Assembly (NCBI RefSeq): GCF_035285525.1
Contig: NZ_JAYKGW010000165.1
Coordinates: 29,692 to 61,691 of the forward strand
Direction: 5' to 3'
Origin: Okeania sp.
GTDB taxonomy: Bacteria > Cyanobacteriota > Cyanobacteriia > Cyanobacteriales > Microcoleaceae
DNA: 32,000 nucleotides
The position numbers and the translations under genes were made by a program. Under the pieces are notes generated by a model. It did not search any database. It had not been told where the DNA came from and saw nothing but the letters and a program-made list of their open reading frames with translations. Shown piece by piece: positions 26,548 to 32,000 of this stretch; positions within the stretch are counted from its first letter, which is position 1; the number at the start of each line of letters is the position of its first letter.

Positions 26548-27450
26548 TTGACACTAATGTTAGAAACATTACTAGAACCATTACAATATAATTTTATGCA
26601 GCGCTCGCTCCTAATAGCAATAATAATTGGAATTATTTGTGCAGTAGTTGGCAGTTACTTAATTGTACAAAGATTAGCTTTATTAGGAGATGCTATTAGT
26701 CACTCAGTCTTACCAGGATTAGCTGTGGCTTTTTGGATAGGAATAAATATATTTATCGGAGCATTTATTGCCGGAATAATTAGCACTATTTTAATCAATC
26801 TAATTAGGACGCGATCGCCAATCAAAGAAGATGCAGCAATGGGGATAGTTTTTTCTGCTTTCTTTGCTTTAGGAATCACATTAATTACAATTATTCAAAA
26901 AGACAATAAAATTGACCTCAATCATTTTTTATTCGGCAATATTCTAGGGGTAACTATTGGAGACGTCAGAGATACATTAATTATTGGTACAATAGTTTTA
27001 TTCGTAGTATTTCTACTCTATAAAGAATTATTATTTTACACATTTGACCCCCTTGGCGCTCAAGCAGTAGGATTACCTGTAAATTTATTAAATTTGGGTT
27101 TAATGGTGTTAATTGGTTTAACAATTGTAGCGAGTCTCAAAGCAGTAGGAGTAGTCTTAGTTTTATCCTTATTAATTACACCAGCATCTACAGCTTATCT
27201 ATTAGTTCAAAGACTCCACCAAGTAATGATATTAGGAGTAGGAATAGGAATTTTATCTAGTATTAGTGGAATGTATATTAGCTACTTTTATAATTTGCCT
27301 TCTGGTCCTGCCATTGTATTAGTATCATTCGGCTTATTTATATTAGCTTTTTTGTTCAGTCCTACTCAGGGGATTTTGACTCATCCTGCATCAATTTCTA
27401 GTCAACCTTTTATTTGGCGGGAGTTAAAAAATTTAATCAAATTAAATTGA
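26548..27450 (+). CDS. Metal ABC transporter permease (ABC-3 family, MntB/ZnuB-like); start is TTG 26548 or ATG 26557
   Basis: 300-aa polytopic ORF: LLEPLQYNFMQRSLLIAIIIGIICAVVGSYLIVQRLALLGDAISHSVLPG and NHFLFGNILGV are hallmarks of ABC-3 permeases. No SBP or ATPase gene lies next to it. Confidence 0.85.
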   Translation: MTLMLETLLEPLQYNFMQRSLLIAIIIGIICAVVGSYLIVQRLALLGDAISHSVLPGLAVAFWIGINIFIGAFIAGIISTILINLIRTRSPIKEDAAMGIVFSAFFALGITLITIIQKDNKIDLNHFLFGNILGVTIGDVRDTLIIGTIVLFVVFLLYKELLFYTFDPLGAQAVGLPVNLLNLGLMVLIGLTIVASLKAVGVVLVLSLLITPASTAYLLVQRLHQVMILGVGIGILSSISGMYISYFYNLPSGPAIVLVSFGLFILAFLFSPTQGILTHPASISSQPFIWRELKNLIKLN

Positions 27451-27467
27451 TAATCTCAGGTTTTTGA

Positions 27468-27623
27468 TTAGCAAAAAGTGCAATAATAATGTTTATATTT
27501 AGGGAGGAGAGAATAGTTAAGAATCAAGAATAATAAAGTTATAATCTCCTGGAAAACTCTACCTTCAGGATGTCTTACTAAATCTGATAGAGTGTTAGTA
27601 TTAAGAAGGTATTGATAATTCAT
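27468..27623 (-). pseudogene. Truncated PIN-domain (VapC-like) toxin remnant
   Basis: 51-codon ORF MNYQYLLNTNTLSDLVRHPEGRVFQEI... resembles the VapC/FitB N-terminus (LLDTNVLSELxRxxPxxxV) with the first catalytic Asp changed to Asn. The sequence then degenerates and stops. The start overlaps the extended vapB frame. Confidence 0.35.
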
Positions 27624-27675
27624 TTATATCAGGAAAATCATCTGTTATGTCTGACAATGTAGTTAGTAAGGAAAC

Positions 27676-27834
27676 TCAGGAATTAGAAGGAATAGGTTCA
27701 ATTATTAAGCGATCGCCTTCTTTGCCTAATAAAACTTCAGTACCTGGCAAAGCAAATTCATGGGGAATGGTTATGACTTGATTTTTACCAATTATTTGTA
27801 GAGAAACATAATGTGAGTTTTGCATGAGTATCAT
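27676..27834 (-). CDS. AbrB/SpoVT (MazE/VapB-type) antitoxin-like protein, probably truncated by an in-frame TGA
   Basis: From ATG 27834 the protein reads MILMQNSHYVSLQIIGKNQVITIPHEFALPGTEVLLGKEGDRLIIEPIPSNS, a swapped-hairpin AbrB-type DNA-binding pattern. The frame past the TGA continues VSLLTTLSDITDDFPDINELSIPS to a TAA at 27601-27603, which resembles VapB C-terminal tails. Confidence 0.5.
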   Translation of the reverse strand: MILMQNSHYVSLQIIGKNQVITIPHEFALPGTEVLLGKEGDRLIIEPIPSNS

Positions 27835-28650
27835 TCCTATTCTTTGAAGTTTCAGAACAGTGTTATAATACACTATTTTTAGATATAAATACCAAAAATT
27901 TGACACTTTTCTCAAATCATCCTTACTTCTTATTATGTGAATATCCTCATATTTAAAATACAATAAATATTAAAAATATTCCCTAAATTATAATTTACTA
28001 ATGGTGTTATTCTTTATTGGATAATCTGACAAATCTTTTCTTTTTCATAGTTCATTTCAAGAAGTAGAAATAAGTTTATATTAGTTATAGCTCAGTTATG
28101 GAAAGTTTGCCATTTTTGCTAAATAAAACCAATAAAAATTTTACTTTTTAAAGAGCAGATGGAGAACTCCCAGTTTCAATTCTACGAGCAAACTTCCAAA
28201 TATCTGCCACCTTTTGTATGTATTCATCAACTTGTTGTTTTAGGATTTGAAGATTTGATAGACAGAATTATCACTCCAATTTCCCATATATTCATAAACG
28301 AAAGAGGTGAAACAAATTTACTCATCACACAATAAATTTTAACTATATTAATCATATTATTAGCTACTCGAAAGCTGCTTAATTATTGATTTTATATCAG
28401 TTGTGGTAAATATTCTGAAAGTCTTCTTGATGCCTAGATTTTGAATGCTTATAGTCTATTAATAATTCAGATAGTTCTTTTTCTATAAATTTTCCATTTC
28501 TATAAATTTTCCATTGCAGCAAAAGATATTCAAAAAAGACTTTCAGTCAAACTAAAGCAGCAAAAATTAACCTTCTTCTTTCTTCCTTCTTTCCTCTTAC
28601 TTTTTGCTTCTGTACGCGATAAAACTACGTTTCGCTTTGCGATCACACTC

Positions 28651-29201
28651 CTACTTACTAATTCTCTTTTTCATTTTATCAAGCACCTGCGCAGAGCTAA
28701 AAACTTACTTCCAAAATACACGAAAATCTATTTCTTTGCAACCACCCTACATTTCTTACATATCAAGACTTTTAACCAATAGCTAATGAAAACGGGATTT
28801 CACCAAAACTCCCCCATTGTTCACCCTAAATATCTCATTTCAACTTTTTTGACGAAATACTGTTTAAATTCCTAATCTATTTATAAAAAAAATATAATAT
28901 TAACTTATACTCTACGAGGATAAACCCTACTTACTAATTCTCTTTTTCATTTTATAAAGCACCTGCGCAGAGCGAATAACTTACCTCCAAAATACACGAA
29001 AATTTCTTTCTTTGCAACCACCCTGTATTTCTTACATATCAATACTTTTAACCAATGAGTAATGAAAACGGGATTTCACCAAAACTACCCCATTTTTGCC
29101 TCAAAATATCTCATTTCAACTTTTTTTGCGAAATTAAGTTTAAATTCATAATCTATTTGGTAAAATTAATAATATTAACTTATACTCTACGAGGATAAAC
29201 C
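28651..29201. repeat. Tandem direct repeat, 2 units of ~276 nt (28651-28926 and 28927-29201), ~90 percent identical by eye
   Basis: Both units start ctacttactaattctctttttcatttta and end ttaacttatactctacgaggataaacc. Shared internal blocks are gcacctgcgcagagc, ctttgcaaccaccct and aatgaaaacgggatttcaccaaaact. A second ~62-nt repeat (28535-28600 and 29219-29280) flanks the pair. Confidence 0.85.
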
Positions 29202-29330
29202 CTAAAAACTCTACAGGTAAAGACTTTTAGTGAAACTAAGAGCAGCAAAAATCAATCTTCTTCCCTCTTCGCTTCTTATCTGGCTAAAATATAAGACTAC
29301 ATAAAATATCTATTCTAAAATCAAAAAAAA

Positions 29331-32000
29331 ATGTCATTTGTTGGCCTACATATTCATAGTGACTATAGTCTATTGGACGGAGCATCCCAATTACCACAAT
29401 TAATAGATAGAGTGGTAGAACTAGGAATGCCAGCCATTGCTCTGACAGACCACGGAGTAATGTATGGGGCAATTCAATTAATTAAATTGTGTCGAAATAA
29501 AGGAATTAAACCCATAATTGGGAATGAAATGTATGTGATAAATGGAGATATTACCAAACAGCAACGAGGGAAAAAATTTCACCAAGTCGTATTAGCAAAA
29601 AATACTCAAGGCTATAAAAACTTAGTCAAATTAACAACCGTTTCTCATCTACAAGGTTTTCAAGGAAAAGGCATATTTGCTCGACCTTGTATTAATAAAG
29701 AATTGTTAGAAAAATATCACGAAGGTCTGATAGTAACTAGCGGGTGTTTAGCAGGAGAAGTACCGCAAAATATTATGCAGGGAAAATTAGATGAAGCGAA
29801 AAAAGTAGCTAAGTGGTACAAAGATTTATTTGGAGAAGATTACTATTTAGAAATACAAGACCACGGCTTCCCAGAAGATAGGGTAGTAAATACTAGAATT
29901 GTGAAAATTGCCGATAAATTAAAGATAAAAATAGTAGCCACAAACGACTCTCATTTTATTTCTTGTCGAGACGTAGAAGCACACGACGCTTTGTTGTGTA
30001 TTAACACTCAAAAATTAATCGCCGAAGAAAAGCGGATGCGATATAGCGGAACCGAATATTTAAAGTCTGCTGAAGAGATGAAACTATTGTTTAGAGACCA
30101 CTTAGAAAATGAAGTAATAGAAGAAGCGATCACTAATACATTAGAAGTGGCAAATAAGGTTGAAAAATATGAAGGAATATTAGGAGAGCCAAGGATTCCT
30201 GATTATCCGATTCCGCCAGAACATAATGCCGATACTTATCTAGAAAAACTTGCTTGGGAAGGATTATTAGAAAGGTTAAAACTTAAACAAAGAAGTGAAA
30301 TTTCCCCAGTTTACAAAGAGCGGATGGAAACTGAATTAAAAGTTCTTCAGGATAAAGGTTTTTCTACATATTTTTTGGTAGTTTGGGATTACATAAAATA
30401 TGCCAGAGATGAAAATATTCCTGTAGGTCCTGGTAGGGGAAGTGCTGCTGGTTCATTAGTTGCTTATTCTTTGCGAATTACTAATATCGATCCCGTGCAT
30501 CATGGTTTATTATTTGAAAGATTTTTAAATCCAGAAAGAAAATCAATGCCAGATGTTGATACAGATTTTTGTATAGAAAATAGAGATGCAATGATTGAAT
30601 ATGTGACTAAAAGGTATGGGGAAGAGAGAGTTGCTCAAATTATTACTTTTAATAGAATGACTTCTAAGGCAGTATTAAAAGATGTGGGGAGAGTGTTAGG
30701 AGTTTCCTTTAGTGAAGCTAATAAAATGGCAAAGTTAATTCCTGTTGCTAGGGGTAAACCAGCAAAGTTAAAAGTGATGATTTCTAATGAAACTCCTTCC
30801 CCAGAATTTAAGGAAGCTTTTGAGAATCAAGAAACAGAAATTAAAAATAATGAAGGGGTAGAAGTTGGTAAAATTCCGATCCGACAATGGATAGATATGG
30901 CAATTAGAATTGAGGGAACTAATAAAACTTTTGGAGTACACGCAGCAGGGGTAGTAATTTCTAAAGAACCTTTGGATGAAATTGTGCCTTTGCAAAGAAA
31001 TAATGATGGCTCAACTATCACTCAATATCACATGGAAGATATAGAATCTTTGGGTTTGTTGAAGATGGATTTTTTGGGATTGAAAAATTTAACTATTATC
31101 CAGAATACTGCCAATTTGATTGAGAAAAATCATCATCTTCCTTTGATTCCAGATGAGTTGCCTGCTAATGAAAGAAGGACAATGGAAATTTTGGAAAGAG
31201 GCAATATTAAGAAAATGCCAGAAGATGTGAAAAAGACTTATGAATTACTTAAATCTGGAGATTTAGAAGGAGTATTTCAGTTGGAATCTTCTGGGATGGT
31301 TGATGTTGTGAAAAAATTGAAACCTTCTTCTATTGAAGATATTTCTTCTATCTTAGCTTTGTATCGCCCCGGACCTTTGGATGCTGGTTTAATTCCGAAG
31401 TTTATTGACAGGAAACATGGGCGAGAAGAAATTAAATATCAACATCCAAAGTTAAAGCCAATTTTGCAAGAAACTTATGGAGTTTTATGTTTGCCTAAAG
31501 GAACTTTAATTGATAAACCAGATGGTTCAAGGAGGGCAATTGAAAATATTAAGAGTGGAGAGATAATTTTAACTTCGGATGGTAGAAAAGTTTGGGAGGC
31601 AAAAGTTGCTAAACAGTGGCAGAGTGGTGTGAGGGAAATATTAAAGATTACTTTGTCTAGCGGTACGGTAATTTATGCGGGGAAAAATCATCGTTTTTTA
31701 ACGCCGGAAGGAGATAAGTTTGCCTGGGAGTTAAAACCGGGAGTTAATAACGGCAATATTTATGGTTCTGCGGTTTATGAAAAATGGCAAGTTTCTAGTA
31801 ATAAGAAAAGACTAGCTAAAAATGAAGCTTATTTCTCAGATAGAAAGAAACTAGAAAATCGGGAAAATTTGATAGAAAACTATCTACAGACTTCCTATTT
31901 ATCTTTGGCAACTCCTTCAGAAAATTCCATTTTTCAGATAGAGACTTCAAGTGGGAAAAATCAGGAGCTTTCCCTATTAAAACCAACTGGGAATTTTCCA
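29331..32000 (+). CDS. dnaE: DNA polymerase III alpha subunit DnaE, N-terminal part (runs off the window; missing from the ORF track because no stop lies in the window)
   Basis: The frame is open from ATG 29331 to 32000. PHP domain: [28 protein letters not shown]. Also [68 protein letters not shown]. Confidence 0.92.
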   Translation, partial: MSFVGLHIHSDYSLLDGASQLPQLIDRVVELGMPAIALTDHGVMYGAIQLIKLCRNKGIKPIIGNEMYVINGDITKQQRGKKFHQVVLAKNTQGYKNLVKLTTVSHLQGFQGKGIFARPCINKELLEKYHEGLIVTSGCLAGEVPQNIMQGKLDEAKKVAKWYKDLFGEDYYLEIQDHGFPEDRVVNTRIVKIADKLKIKIVATNDSHFISCRDVEAHDALLCINTQKLIAEEKRMRYSGTEYLKSAEEMKLLFRDHLENEVIEEAITNTLEVANKVEKYEGILGEPRIPDYPIPPEHNADTYLEKLAWEGLLERLKLKQRSEISPVYKERMETELKVLQDKGFSTYFLVVWDYIKYARDENIPVGPGRGSAAGSLVAYSLRITNIDPVHHGLLFERFLNPERKSMPDVDTDFCIENRDAMIEYVTKRYGEERVAQIITFNRMTSKAVLKDVGRVLGVSFSEANKMAKLIPVARGKPAKLKVMISNETPSPEFKEAFENQETEIKNNEGVEVGKIPIRQWIDMAIRIEGTNKTFGVHAAGVVISKEPLDEIVPLQRNNDGSTITQYHMEDIESLGLLKMDFLGLKNLTIIQNTANLIEKNHHLPLIPDELPANERRTMEILERGNIKKMPEDVKKTYELLKSGDLEGVFQLESSGMVDVVKKLKPSSIEDISSILALYRPGPLDAGLIPKFIDRKHGREEIKYQHPKLKPILQETYGVLCLPKGTLIDKPDGSRRAIENIKSGEIILTSDGRKVWEAKVAKQWQSGVREILKITLSSGTVIYAGKNHRFLTPEGDKFAWELKPGVNNGNIYGSAVYEKWQVSSNKKRLAKNEAYFSDRKKLENRENLIENYLQTSYLSLATPSENSIFQIETSSGKNQELSLLKPTGNFP
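31488..32000 (+). mobile_element. Intein (N-terminal splicing region, blocks A and B) inserted in dnaE; its 3-prime end lies outside the window
   Basis: Host ...ILQETYGVL is followed by [32 protein letters not shown] (block A) and [32 protein letters not shown] (block B) instead of the conserved YQEQ continuation of DnaE. This is 171 codons without a stop. Confidence 0.7.

Noticed and set aside
27835-27963. N-terminal 43 codons of the tracked 95-aa ORF 27676-27963
   Set aside because: The AbrB/SpoVT-like domain begins right after the internal Met at 27834. The upstream part is AT-rich (MYFKYEDIHIIRSKDD...) and looks like promoter DNA.
28159-28335. 58-codon ORF MENSQFQFYEQTSKYLPPFVC... in the non-coding stretch before the tandem repeat
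   Set aside because: It falls below the ORF-track threshold, I recognise no motif, and there is no clear RBS. It might be a gene fragment, but I cannot support that.
28604-28786. 60-aa ORF inside repeat unit B1
   Set aside because: It needs a non-ATG start, and the frame is not conserved in the near-identical unit B2.
28651-29201. Tandem repeat considered as a CRISPR array
   Set aside because: The units are ~276 nt and directly abutting, with no unique spacers. There are only two copies, and no cas genes lie in the window.
6477-31021. Remaining short ORFs nested in large genes: 6477-6752, 7857-8132, 11362-11544, 16270-16987 (four ORFs), 17584-17787, 18490-18672, 19719-19931, 21634-22595 (three ORFs), 29284-29472, 30768-31021 (two ORFs)
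   Set aside because: Each is antisense or out of frame inside a strongly supported CDS, with low-complexity or stop-poor composition and no motifs.
31488-32000. Interpretation as the classic split DnaE-N intein (Npu/Ssp type)
   Set aside because: The insertion point is after TYGVL, not after FAEY. The sequence does not resemble CLSYETEILTVEYG. The frame stays open for 171 codons, where a split N-intein would stop after ~100-125.
1-32000. Search for tRNA, rRNA, tmRNA, RNase P RNA, transposase or integrase genes
   Set aside because: I found no T-loop/acceptor-like GGTTCGAATCC-type motifs, no rRNA-like conserved blocks and no DDE or tyrosine-recombinase ORFs. This was checked by eye only, so a tRNAscan or Infernal run could still find small RNAs.

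Overview
This is an AT-rich cyanobacterial chromosome segment that looks Nostocales-like. The signatures are frequent HIP1 octamers GCGATCGC (e.g. 238-245, 833-840, 928-935, 4856-4863), STRR-type heptanucleotide repeats, an xisH/xisI pair, a giant Ser/Thr-kinase/histidine-kinase hybrid and an intein-bearing dnaE.

Gene order:
- partial Cu-type P1B ATPase (1-1317)
- a 1.1-kb block of MITE-like repeats
- a two-gene operon: DUF262/ParB-like NTPase plus RelA/SpoT-fold nucleotidyltransferase (2436-4519)
- a convergent DUF433/DUF5615 toxin-antitoxin-like pair
- divergent ATPase and lipoprotein SBP genes of a Mn/Zn (TroA/MntC/ZnuA-class) ABC importer; the matching permease lies 19 kb away at 26548-27450
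- a 1874-aa STK-AAA-TPR-GAF-HK signalling protein
- a GAF-GGDEF cyclase
- Fe(III) uptake genes futB/futC/futA on alternating strands
- an orphan RND pump
- xisH/xisI
- a decayed vapBC locus
- a tandem 276-nt repeat
- the 5-prime 2.67 kb of dnaE, which runs into an intein before the window ends

I saw no tRNA, rRNA, CRISPR array, transposase or integrase. Almost every intergenic region is filled with a few short hairpin/MITE-like repeat families.

The best candidate for an undescribed system is the DUF262 + RelA/SpoT-like pair. It reads like a GmrSD/BrxU-type sensor whose nuclease effector has been replaced by a toxSAS-type effector. Other points worth a second look:
- a frame-critical heptamer array inside the signal peptide of the metal-binding lipoprotein
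- an in-frame 24-nt tandem repeat just before the P-loop of the giant kinase
- the dnaE intein, which sits at a site other than the canonical split-intein site
- the unexplained 276-nt tandem repeat upstream of dnaE

All domain calls come from motif recognition by eye. No searches were run.
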